From Tubulanus polymorphus (taxonomy: Eukaryota > Animalia > Nemertea), in NCBI RefSeq assembly GCF_964204645.1, contig NW_027437433.1, positions 62,001 through 126,000 on the forward strand: a stretch of DNA of 64,000 nt, given 5' to 3'. The first letter of the stretch is position 1. Every line of letters begins with the position of its first letter. Below are positions 10,701 to 23,700 of the stretch, piece by piece. Both the position numbers and the translations under genes were made by a program. The notes beneath the pieces were generated by a model. The model saw nothing but the letters and a program-made list of their open reading frames with translations, was not told the origin of the DNA and ran no database searches.

Positions 10701-12031
10701 GAAATGATAGGTTAAGGTAAACTGAACTTATTTCGAGTAGATGGGTTGAAAGATACAGATTTTTCTAGCTAAATATGGTTCTAAAGATGATGAATTCTAT
10801 CTTAATTGATGGGTTTGGGTGTATTGAACTGATATCAAATAGATAGGTGGAAAGAATAAGAATTTTCTGGCTGCTTTTGGTTCTGAAGATGATGGATTCA
10901 ATCTGAAAAGATGAGTAAAGGCGTATTGAACTGATTTCAAATAGATAGGTGGAAAGAAACAGAATTTTCTGGCTGCTTTTAGTTCTAAAGATGATGGATT
11001 CAATCTGAAAAGATGGGTTAAGGCTTATTGAACTGATTTCAAATAGATAGGTGGAAAGAATCAGAATTTTCTGGCTGCATTTGGTTCTGAAGATGATAGA
11101 CTCGATCCGAAATGATAGGTTAAGGTAAACTGAACTTATTTCGAGTAGATGGGTTGAAAGATACAGATTTTTCTAGCTAAATATGGTTCTAAAGATGATG
11201 AATTATAACTTAATTGATGGGTTTGGGTGTATTGAACTGATATCAAATAGATAGGTGGAAAGAATAAGAATTTTCTGGCTGCTTTTGGTTCTGAAGATGA
11301 TGGATTCAATCTGAAAAGATGAGTAAAGGCGTATTGAACTGATTTCAAATAGATAGGTGGAAAGAAACAGAATTTTCTGGCTGCTTTTGGTTCTAAAGAT
11401 GATGGATTCAATCTGAAAAGATGAGTAAAGGCGTATTGAACTGATTTAAAATAGATAGGTGGAAAGAATCAGAATTTTCTGGCTGCATTTGGTTCTGAAG
11501 ATGATAGACTCGATCCGAAATGATAGGTTAAGGTAAACTGAACTTATTTCGAGTAGATGGGGTGAAAGATACAGATTTTTCTAGCTAAATATGGTTCTAA
11601 AGATGATGAATTCTATCTTAATTGATGGGTTTGGGTGTATTGAACTGATATCAAATAGATAGGTGGAAAGAATAAGAATTTTCTGGCTGCTTTTGGTTCT
11701 GAAGATGATGGATTCAATCTGAAAAGATGAGTAAAGGCGTATTGAACTGATTTCAAATAGATAGGTGGAAAGAAACCGAATTTTCTGGCTGCTTTTGTTT
11801 CTAAAGTTGATGGATCAATGTGAAAAGATGGGTTAAGGCGTATTGAACTGATTTCAAATAGATAGGTGGAAAGAAACAGAATTTTCTGGCTGCTTTTGGT
11901 TCTAAAGATGATGGATTCAATCTGAAAAGATGGGTTAAGGCTTATTGAACTGATTTCAAATAGAAAGGTGGAAAGAATCAGAATTTTCTGGCTGCATTTG
12001 GTCCTGAAGATGATAGACTCGATCCGAAATG

Positions 12032-15000
12032 ATAGGTTAAGGTAAACTGAACTTATTTCGAGTAGATGGGTTGAAAGATACAGATTTTTCTAGCTAAATA
12101 TGGTTCTAAAGATGATGAATTATAACTCAATTGATGGGTTTGGGTGTATTGAACTGATATCAAATAGATAGGTGGAAAGAATAAGAATTTTCTGGCTGCT
12201 TTTGGTTCTGAAGATGATGGATTCAATCTGAAACGATGAGTAAAGGCGTATTGAACTGATTTCAAATAGATAGGTGGAAAGAAACAGAATTTTCTGGCTG
12301 CTTTTGGTTCTAAAGATGATGGATTCAATCTGAAAAGATGGGTTAAGGCTTATTGAACTGATTTCAAATAGATAGGTGGAAAGAATCAGAATTTTCTGGC
12401 TGCATTTGGTTCTGAAGATGATATACTCGATCCGAAATGATAGGTTAAGGTAAACTGAACTTATTTCGAGTAGATGGGTTGAAAGATACAGATTTTTCTA
12501 GCTAAATATGGTTCTAAAGATGATGAATTCTATCTTAATTGATGGGTTTGGGTGTATTGAACTGATATCAAATAGATAGGTGGAAAGAATAAGAATTTTC
12601 TGGCTGCTTTTGGTTCTGAAGATGATGGATTCAATCTGAAAAGATGAGTAAAGGCGTATTGAACTGATTTCAAATAGATAGGTGGAAAGAAACAGAATTT
12701 TCTGGCTGCTTTTAGTTCTAAAGATGATGGATTCAATCTGAAAAGATGGGTTAAGGCTTATTGAACTGATTTCAAATAGATAGGTGGAAAGAATCAGAAT
12801 TTTCTGGCTGCATTTGGTTCTGAAGATGATAGACTCGATCCGAAATGATAGGTTAAGGTAAACTGAACTTATTTCGAGTAGATGGGTTGAAAGATACAGA
12901 TTTTTCTAGCTAAATATGGTTCTAAAGATGATGAATTATAACTTAATTGATGGGTTTGGGTGTATTGAACTGATATCAAATAGATAGGTGGAAAGAATAA
13001 GAATTTTCTGGCTGCTTTTGGTTCTGAAGATGATGGATTCAATCTGAAAAGATGAGTAAAGGCGTATTGAACTGATTTCAAATAGATAGGTGGAAAGAAA
13101 CAGAATTTTCTGGCTGCTTTTGGTTCTAAAGATGATGGATTCAATCTGAAAAGATGAGTAAAGGCGTATTGAACTGATTTAAAATAGATAGGTGGAAAGA
13201 ATCAGAATTTTCTGGCTGCATTTGGTTCTGAAGATGATAGACTCGATCCGAAATGATAGGTTAAGGTAAACTGAACTTATTTCGAGTAGATGGGGTGAAA
13301 GATACAGATTTTTCTAGCTAAATATGGTTCTAAAGATGATGAATTCTATCTTAATTGATGGGTTTGGGTGTATTGAACTGATATCAAATAGATAGGTGGA
13401 AAGAATAAGAATTTTCTGGCTGCTTTTGGTTCTGAAGATGATGGATTCAATCTGAAAAGATGAGTAAAGGCGTATTGAACTGATTTCAAATAGATAGGTG
13501 GAAAGAAACAGAATTTTCTGGCTGCTTTTGGTTCTAAAGATGATGGATTCAATCTGAAAAGATGGGTTAAGGCTTATTGAACTGATTTCAAATAGATAGG
13601 TGGAAAGAAACAGAATTTTCTGGCTGCTTTTGGTTCTAAAGATGATGGATTCAATCTGAAAAGATGGGTTAAGGCTTATTGAACTGATTTAAAATAGATA
13701 GGTGGAAAGAATCAGAATTTTCTGGCTGCTTTTGGTTCTGAAGATGATGGATTCAATCTGAAAAGATGGGTTAAGGCGTATTGAACTGATTTCAAATAGA
13801 TAGGTGGAAAGAAACCGAATTTTCTTGCTGCTTTTGTTTCTAAAGATGATGGATCAATGTGAAAAGATGGGTTAAGGCGTATTGAACTGATTTCAAATAG
13901 ATAGGTGGAAAGAAACAGAATTTTCTGGCTGCTTTTGGTTCTAAAGATGATGGATTCAATCTGAAAAGATGAGTAAAGGCGTATTGAACTGATTTAAAAT
14001 AGATAGGTGGAAAGAATCAGAATTTTCTGGCTGCATTTGGTTCTGAAGATGATAGACTCGATCCGAAATGATAGGTTAAGGTAAACTGAACTTATTTCGA
14101 GTAGATGGGTTGAAAGATACAGATTTTTCTAGCTAAATATGGTTCTAAAGATGATGAATTCTATCTCAATTGATGGGTTTGGGTGTATTGAACTGATATC
14201 AAATAGATAGGTGGAAAGAATAAGAATTTTCTGGCTGCTTTTGGTTCTGAAGATGATGGATTCAATCTGAAAAGATGAGTAAAGGCGTATTGAACTGATT
14301 TCAAATAGATAGGTGGAAAGAAACAGAATTTTCTGGCTGCTTTTGGTTCTAAAGATGATGGATTCAATCTGAAAAGATGGGTTAAGGCTTATTGAACTGA
14401 TTTCAAATAGATAGGTGGAAAGAAACAGAATTTTCTGGCTGCTTTTGGTTCTAAAGATGATGGATTCAATCTGAAAAGATGGGTTAAGGCTTATTGAACT
14501 GATTTAAAATAGATAGGTGGAAAGAATCAGAATTTTCTGGCTGCTTTTGGTTCTGAAGATGATGGATTCAATCTGAAAAGATGGGTTAAGGCGTATTGAA
14601 CTGATTTCAAATAGATAGGTGGAAAGAAACCGAATTTTCTTGCTGCTTTTGTTTCTAAAGATGATGGATCAATGTGAAAAGATGGGTTAAGGCGTATTGA
14701 ACTGATTTCAAATAGATAGGTGGAAAGAAACAGAATTTTCTGGCTGCTTTTGGTTCTAAAGATGATGGATTCAATCTGAAAAGATGAGTAAAGGCGTATT
14801 GAACTGATTTAAAATAGATAGGTGGAAAGAATCAGAATTTTCTGGCTGCATTTGGTTCTGAAGATGATAGACTCGATCCGAAATGATAGGTTAAGGTAAA
14901 CTGAACTTATTTCGAGTAGATGGGGTGAAAGATACAGATTTTTCTAGCTAAATATGGTTCTAAAGATGATGAATTCTATCTTAATTGATGGGTTTGGGTG

Positions 15001-18000
15001 TATTGAACTGATATCAAATAGATAGGTGGAAAGAATAAGAATTTTCTGGCTGCTTTTGGTTCTGAAGATGATGGATTCAATCTGAAAAGATGAGTAAAGG
15101 CGTATTGAACTGATTTCAAATAGATAGGTGGAAAGAAACAGAATTTTCTGGCTGCTTTTGGTTCTAAAGATGATGGATTCAATCTGAAAAGATGGGTTAA
15201 GGCTTATTGAACTGATTTCAAATAGATAGGTGGAAAGAATCAGAATTTTCTGGCTGCATTTGGTTCTGAAGATGATAGACTCGATCCGAAATGATAGGTT
15301 AAGGTAAACTGAACTTATTTCGAGTAGATGGGTTGAAAGATACAGATTTTTCTAGCTAAATATGGTTCTAAAGATGATGAATTATAACTTAATTGATGGG
15401 TTTGGGTGTATTGAACTGATATCAAATAGATAGGTGGAAAGAAACCGAATTTTCTGGCTGCTTTTGGTTCTGAAGATGATGGATTCAATCTGAAAAGATG
15501 AGTAAAGGCGTATTGAACTGATTTCAAATAGATAGGTGGAAAGAAACAGAATTTTCTGGCTGCTTTTGGTTCTAAAGATGATGGATTCAATCTGAAAAGA
15601 TGAGTAAAGGCGTATTGAACTGATTTAAAATAGATAGGTGGAAAGAATCAGAATTTTCTGGCTGCATTTGGTTCTGAAGATGATAGACTCGATCCGAAAT
15701 GATAGGTTAAGGTAAACTGAACTTATTTCGAGTAGATGGGGTGAAAGATACAGATTTTTCTAGCTAAATATGGTTCTAAAGATGATGAATTCTATCTTAA
15801 TTGATGGGTTTGGGTGTATTGAACTGATATCAAATAGATAGGTGGAAAGAATAAGAATTTTCTGGCTGCTTTTGGTTCTGAAGATGATGGATTCAATCTG
15901 AAAAGATGAGTAAAGGCGTATTGAACTGATTTCAAATAGATAGGTGGAAAGAAACAGAATTTTCTGGCTGCTTTTGGTTCTAAAGATGATGGATTCAATC
16001 TGAAAAGATGGGTTAAGGCTTATTGAACTGATTTCAAATAGATAGGTGGAAAGAAACAGAATTTTCTGGCTGCTTTTGGTTCTAAAGATGATGGATTCAA
16101 TCTGAAAAGATGGGTTAAGGCTTATTGAACTGATTTAAAATAGATAGGTGGAAAGAATCAGAATTTTCTGGCTGCTTTTGGTTCTGAAGATGATGGATTC
16201 AATCTGAAAAGATGGGTTAAGGCGTATTGAACTGATTTCAAATAGATAGGTGGAAAGAAACCGAATTTTCTTGCTGCTTTTGTTTCTAAAGATGATGGAT
16301 CAATGTGAAAAGATGGGTTAAGGCGTATTGAACTGATTTCAAATAGATAGGTGGAAAGAAACAGAATTTTCTGGCTGCTTTTGGTTCTAAAGATGATGGA
16401 TTCAATCTGAAAAGATGGGTTAAGGCTTATTGAACTGATTTAAAATAGATAGGTGGAAAGAATCAGAATTTTCTGGCTGCATTTGGTTCTGAAGATGATA
16501 GACTCGATCCGAAATGATAGGTTAAGGTAAACTGAACTTATTTCGAGTAGATGGGTTGAAAGATACAGATTTTTCTAGCTAAATATGGTTCTAAAGATGA
16601 TGAATTATAACTCAATTGATGGGTTTGGGTGTATTGAACTGATATCAAATAGATAGGTGGAAAGAATAAGAATTTTCTGGCTGCTTTTGGTTCTGAAGAT
16701 GATGGATTCAATCTGAAACGATGAGTAAAGGCGTATTGAACTGATTTCAAATAGATAGGTGGAAAGAAACAGAATTTTCTGGCTGCTTTTGGTTCTAAAG
16801 ATGATGGATTCAATCTGAAAAGATGGGTTAAGGCTTATTGAACTGATTTCAAATAGATAGGTGGAAAGAATCAGAATTTTCTGGCTGCATTTGGTTCTGA
16901 AGATGATATACTCGATCCGAAATGATAGGTTAAGGTAAACTGAACTTATTTCGAGTAGATGGGTTGAAAGATACAGATTTTTCTAGCTAAATATGGTTCT
17001 AAAGATGATGAATTCTATCTTAATTGATGGGTTTGGGTGTATTGAACTGATATCAAATAGATAGGTGGAAAGAATAAGAATTTTCTGGCTGCTTTTGGTT
17101 CTGAAGATGATGGATTCAATCTGAAAAGATGAGTAAAGGCGTATTGAACTGATTTCAAATAGATAGGTGGAAAGAAACAGAATTTTCTGGCTGCTTTTAG
17201 TTCTAAAGATGATGGATTCAATCTGAAAAGATGGGTTAAGGCTTATTGAACTGATTTCAAATAGATAGGTGGAAAGAATCAGAATTTTCTGGCTGCATTT
17301 GGTTCTGAAGATGATAGACTCGATCCGAAATGATAGGTTAAGGTAAACTGAACTTATTTCGAGTAGATGGGTTGAAAGATACAGATTTTTCTAGCTAAAT
17401 ATGGTTCTAAAGATGATGAATTATAACTTAATTGATGGGTTTGGGTGTATTGAACTGATATCAAATAGATAGGTGGAAAGAATAAGAATTTTCTGGCTGC
17501 TTTTGGTTCTGAAGATGATGGATTCAATCTGAAAAGATGAGTAAAGGCGTATTGAACTGATTTCAAATAGATAGGTGGAAAGAAACAGAATTTTCTGGCT
17601 GCTTTTGGTTCTAAAGATGATGGATTCAATCTGAAAAGATGAGTAAAGGCGTATTGAACTGATTTAAAATAGATAGGTGGAAAGAATCAGAATTTTCTGG
17701 CTGCATTTGGTTCTGAAGATGATAGACTCGATCCGAAATGATAGGTTAAGGTAAACTGAACTTATTTCGAGTAGATGGGGTGAAAGATACAGATTTTTCT
17801 AGCTAAATATGGTTCTAAAGATGATGAATTCTATCTTAATTGATGGGTTTGGGTGTATTGAACTGATATCAAATAGATAGGTGGAAAGAATAAGAATTTT
17901 CTGGCTGCTTTTGGTTCTGAAGATGATGGATTCAATCTGAAAAGATGAGTAAAGGCGTATTGAACTGATTTCAAATAGATAGGTGGAAAGAAACAGAATT

Positions 18001-21000
18001 TTCTGGCTGCTTTTGGTTCTAAAGATGATGGATTCAATCTGAAAAGATGGGTTAAGGCTTATTGAACTGATTTCAAATAGATAGGTGGAAAGAAACAGAA
18101 TTTTCTGGCTGCTTTTGGTTCTAAAGATGATGGATTCAATCTGAAAAGATGGGTTAAGGCTTATTGAACTGATTTAAAATAGATAGGTGGAAAGAATCAG
18201 AATTTTCTGGCTGCTTTTGGTTCTGAAGATGATGGATTCAATCTGAAAAGATGGGTTAAGGCGTATTGAACTGATTTCAAATAGATAGGTGGAAAGAAAC
18301 CGAATTTTCTTGCTGCTTTTGTTTCTAAAGATGATGGATCAATGTGAAAAGATGGGTTAAGGCGTATTGAACTGATTTCAAATAGATAGGTGGAAAGAAA
18401 CAGAATTTTCTGGCTGCTTTTGGTTCTAAAGATGATGGATTCAATCTGAAAAGATGAGTAAAGGCGTATTGAACTGATTTAAAATAGATAGGTGGAAAGA
18501 ATCAGAATTTTCTGGCTGCATTTGGTTCTGAAGATGATAGACTCGATCCGAAATGATAGGTTAAGGTAAACTGAACTTATTTCGAGTAGATGGGTTGAAA
18601 GATACAGATTTTTCTAGCTAAATATGGTTCTAAAGATGATGAATTCTATCTCAATTGATGGGTTTGGGTGTATTGAACTGATATCAAATAGATAGGTGGA
18701 AAGAATAAGAATTTTCTGGCTGCTTTTGGTTCTGAAGATGATGGATTCAATCTGAAAAGATGAGTAAAGGCGTATTGAACTGATTTCAAATAGATAGGTG
18801 GAAAGAAACAGAATTTTCTGGCTGCTTTTGGTTCTAAAGATGATGGATTCAATCTGAAAAGATGGGTTAAGGCTTATTGAACTGATTTCAAATAGATAGG
18901 TGGAAAGAAACAGAATTTTCTGGCTGCTTTTGGTTCTAAAGATGATGGATTCAATCTGAAAAGATGGGTTAAGGCTTATTGAACTGATTTAAAATAGATA
19001 GGTGGAAAGAATCAGAATTTTCTGGCTGCTTTTGGTTCTGAAGATGATGGATTCAATCTGAAAAGATGGGTTAAGGCGTATTGAACTGATTTCAAATAGA
19101 TAGGTGGAAAGAAACCGAATTTTCTTGCTGCTTTTGTTTCTAAAGATGATGGATCAATGTGAAAAGATGGGTTAAGGCGTATTGAACTGATTTCAAATAG
19201 ATAGGTGGAAAGAAACAGAATTTTCTGGCTGCTTTTGGTTCTAAAGATGATGGATTCAATCTGAAAAGATGAGTAAAGGCGTATTGAACTGATTTAAAAT
19301 AGATAGGTGGAAAGAATCAGAATTTTCTGGCTGCATTTGGTTCTGAAGATGATAGACTCGATCCGAAATGATAGGTTAAGGTAAACTGAACTTATTTCGA
19401 GTAGATGGGGTGAAAGATACAGATTTTTCTAGCTAAATATGGTTCTAAAGATGATGAATTCTATCTTAATTGATGGGTTTGGGTGTATTGAACTGATATC
19501 AAATAGATAGGTGGAAAGAATAAGAATTTTCTGGCTGCTTTTGGTTCTGAAGATGATGGATTCAATCTGAAAAGATGAGTAAAGGCGTATTGAACTGATT
19601 TCAAATAGATAGGTGGAAAGAAACAGAATTTTCTGGCTGCTTTTGGTTCTAAAGATGATGGATTCAATCTGAAAAGATGGGTTAAGGCTTATTGAACTGA
19701 TTTCAAATAGATAGGTGGAAAGAATCAGAATTTTCTGGCTGCATTTGGTTCTGAAGATGATAGACTCGATCCGAAATGATAGGTTAAGGTAAACTGAACT
19801 TATTTCGAGTAGATGGGTTGAAAGATACAGATTTTTCTAGCTAAATATGGTTCTAAAGATGATGAATTATAACTTAATTGATGGGTTTGGGTGTATTGAA
19901 CTGATATCAAATAGATAGGTGGAAAGAAACCGAATTTTCTGGCTGCTTTTGGTTCTGAAGATGATGGATTCAATCTGAAAAGATGAGTAAAGGCGTATTG
20001 AACTGATTTCAAATAGATAGGTGGAAAGAAACAGAATTTTCTGGCTGCTTTTGGTTCTAAAGATGATGGATTCAATCTGAAAAGATGAGTAAAGGCGTAT
20101 TGAACTGATTTAAAATAGATAGGTGGAAAGAATCAGAATTTTCTGGCTGCATTTGGTTCTGAAGATGATAGACTCGATCCGAAATGATAGGTTAAGGTAA
20201 ACTGAACTTATTTCGAGTAGATGGGGTGAAAGATACAGATTTTTCTAGCTAAATATGGTTCTAAAGATGATGAATTCTATCTTAATTGATGGGTTTGGGT
20301 GTATTGAACTGATATCAAATAGATAGGTGGAAAGAATAAGAATTTTCTGGCTGCTTTTGGTTCTGAAGATGATGGATTCAATCTGAAAAGATGAGTAAAG
20401 GCGTATTGAACTGATTTCAAATAGATAGGTGGAAAGAAACAGAATTTTCTGGCTGCTTTTGGTTCTAAAGATGATGGATTCAATCTGAAAAGATGGGTTA
20501 AGGCTTATTGAACTGATTTCAAATAGATAGGTGGAAAGAAACAGAATTTTCTGGCTGCTTTTGGTTCTAAAGATGATGGATTCAATCTGAAAAGATGGGT
20601 TAAGGCTTATTGAACTGATTTAAAATAGATAGGTGGAAAGAATCAGAATTTTCTGGCTGCTTTTGGTTCTGAAGATGATGGATTCAATCTGAAAAGATGG
20701 GTTAAGGCGTATTGAACTGATTTCAAATAGATAGGTGGAAAGAAACCGAATTTTCTTGCTGCTTTTGTTTCTAAAGATGATGGATCAATGTGAAAAGATG
20801 GGTTAAGGCGTATTGAACTGATTTCAAATAGATAGGTGGAAAGAAACAGAATTTTCTGGCTGCTTTTGGTTCTAAAGATGATGGATTCAATCTGAAAAGA
20901 TGGGTTAAGGCTTATTGAACTGATTTAAAATAGATAGGTGGAAAGAATCAGAATTTTCTGGCTGCATTTGGTTCTGAAGATGATAGACTCGATCCGAAAT

Positions 21001-23700
21001 GATAGGTTAAGGTAAACTGAACTTATTTCGAGTAGATGGGTTGAAAGATACAGATTTTTCTAGCTAAATATGGTTCTAAAGATGATGAATTATAACTCAA
21101 TTGATGGGTTTGGGTGTATTGAACTGATATCAAATAGATAGGTGGAAAGAATAAGAATTTTCTGGCTGCTTTTGGTTCTGAAGATGATGGATTCAATCTG
21201 AAAAGATGAGTAAAGGCGTATTGAACTGATTTCAAATAGATAGGTGGAAAGAAACAGAATTTTCTGGCTGCTTTTGGTTCTAAAGATGATGGATTCAATC
21301 TGAAAAGATGGGTTAAGGCTTATTGAACTGATTTCAAATAGATAGGTGGAAAGAATCAGAATTTTCTGGCTGCATTTGGTTCTGAAGATGATAGACTCGA
21401 TCCGAAATGATAGGTTAAGGTAAACTGAACTTATTTCGAGTAGATGGGTTGAAAGATACAGATTTTTCTAGCTAAATATGGTTCTAAAGATGATGAATTC
21501 TATCTTAATTGATGGGTTTGGGTGTATTGAACTGATATCAAATAGATAGGTGGAAAGAATAAGAATTTTCTGGCTGCTTTTGGTTCTGAAGATGATGGAT
21601 TCAATCTGAAAAGATGAGTAAAGGCGTATTGAACTGATTTCAAATAGATAGGTGGAAAGAAACAGAATTTTCTGGCTGCTTTTAGTTCTAAAGATGATGG
21701 ATTCAATCTGAAAAGATGGGTTAAGGCTTATTGAACTGATTTCAAATAGATAGGTGGAAAGAATCAGAATTTTCTGGCTGCATTTGGTTCTGAAGATGAT
21801 AGACTCGATCCGAAATGATAGGTTAAGGTAAACTGAACTTATTTCGAGTAGATGGGTTGAAAGATACAGATTTTTCTAGCTAAATATGGTTCTAAAGATG
21901 ATGAATTATAACTTAATTGATGGGTTTGGGTGTATTGAACTGATATCAAATAGATAGGTGGAAAGAATAAGAATTTTCTGGCTGCTTTTGGTTCTGAAGA
22001 TGATGGATTCAATCTGAAAAGATGAGTAAAGGCGTATTGAACTGATTTCAAATAGATAGGTGGAAAGAAACAGAATTTTCTGGCTGCTTTTGGTTCTAAA
22101 GATGATGGATTCAATCTGAAAAGATGAGTAAAGGCGTATTGAACTGATTTAAAATAGATAGGTGGAAAGAATCAGAATTTTCTGGCTGCATTTGGTTCTG
22201 AAGATGATAGACTCGATCCGAAATGATAGGTTAAGGTAAACTGAACTTATTTCGAGTAGATGGGGTGAAAGATACAGATTTTTCTAGCTAAATATGGTTC
22301 TAAAGATGATGAATTCTATCTTAATTGATGGGTTTGGGTGTATTGAACTGATATCAAATAGATAGGTGGAAAGAATAAGAATTTTCTGGCTGCTTTTGGT
22401 TCTGAAGATGATGGATTCAATCTGAAAAGATGAGTAAAGGCGTATTGAACTGATTTCAAATAGATAGGTGGAAAGAAACAGAATTTTCTGGCTGCTTTTG
22501 GTTCTAAAGATGATGGATTCAATCTGAAAAGATGGGTTAAGGCTTATTGAACTGATTTCAAATAGATAGGTGGAAAGAAACAGAATTTTCTGGCTGCTTT
22601 TGGTTCTAAAGATGATGGATTCAATCTGAAAAGATGGGTTAAGGCTTATTGAACTGATTTAAAATAGATAGGTGGAAAGAATCAGAATTTTCTGGCTGCT
22701 TTTGGTTCTGAAGATGATGGATTCAATCTGAAAAGATGGGTTAAGGCGTATTGAACTGATTTCAAATAGATAGGTGGAAAGAAACCGAATTTTCTTGCTG
22801 CTTTTGTTTCTAAAGATGATGGATCAATGTGAAAAGATGGGTTAAGGCGTATTGAACTGATTTCAAATAGATAGGTGGAAAGAAACAGAATTTTCTGGCT
22901 GCTTTTGGTTCTAAAGATGATGGATTCAATCTGAAAAGATGAGTAAAGGCGTATTGAACTGATTTAAAATAGATAGGTGGAAAGAATCAGAATTTTCTGG
23001 CTGCATTTGGTTCTGAAGATGATAGACTCGATCCGAAATGATAGGTTAAGGTAAACTGAACTTATTTCGAGTAGATGGGTTGAAAGATACAGATTTTTCT
23101 AGCTAAATATGGTTCTAAAGATGATGAATTCTATCTCAATTGATGGGTTTGGGTGTATTGAACTGATATCAAATAGATAGGTGGAAAGAATAAGAATTTT
23201 CTGGCTGCTTTTGGTTCTGAAGATGATGGATTCAATCTGAAAAGATGAGTAAAGGCGTATTGAACTGATTTCAAATAGATAGGTGGAAAGAAACAGAATT
23301 TTCTGGCTGCTTTTGGTTCTAAAGATGATGGATTCAATCTGAAAAGATGGGTTAAGGCTTATTGAACTGATTTCAAATAGATAGGTGGAAAGAAACAGAA
23401 TTTTCTGGCTGCTTTTGGTTCTAAAGATGATGGATTCAATCTGAAAAGATGGGTTAAGGCTTATTGAACTGATTTAAAATAGATAGGTGGAAAGAATCAG
23501 AATTTTCTGGCTGCTTTTGGTTCTGAAGATGATGGATTCAATCTGAAAAGATGGGTTAAGGCGTATTGAACTGATTTCAAATAGATAGGTGGAAAGAAAC
23601 CGAATTTTCTTGCTGCTTTTGTTTCTAAAGATGATGGATCAATGTGAAAAGATGGGTTAAGGCGTATTGAACTGATTTCAAATAGATAGGTGGAAAGAAA
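12032..23700 (+). repeat. Tandem block duplication, period 4485 bp (44 monomers), ~2.6 copies
   Basis: C starts at 12032, 16517 and 21002 share the internal spacing 408,408,408,815,815. Copies 1 and 2 share the GAAACG, GATATACTC and D-AAACCG alleles. Confidence 0.88.
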
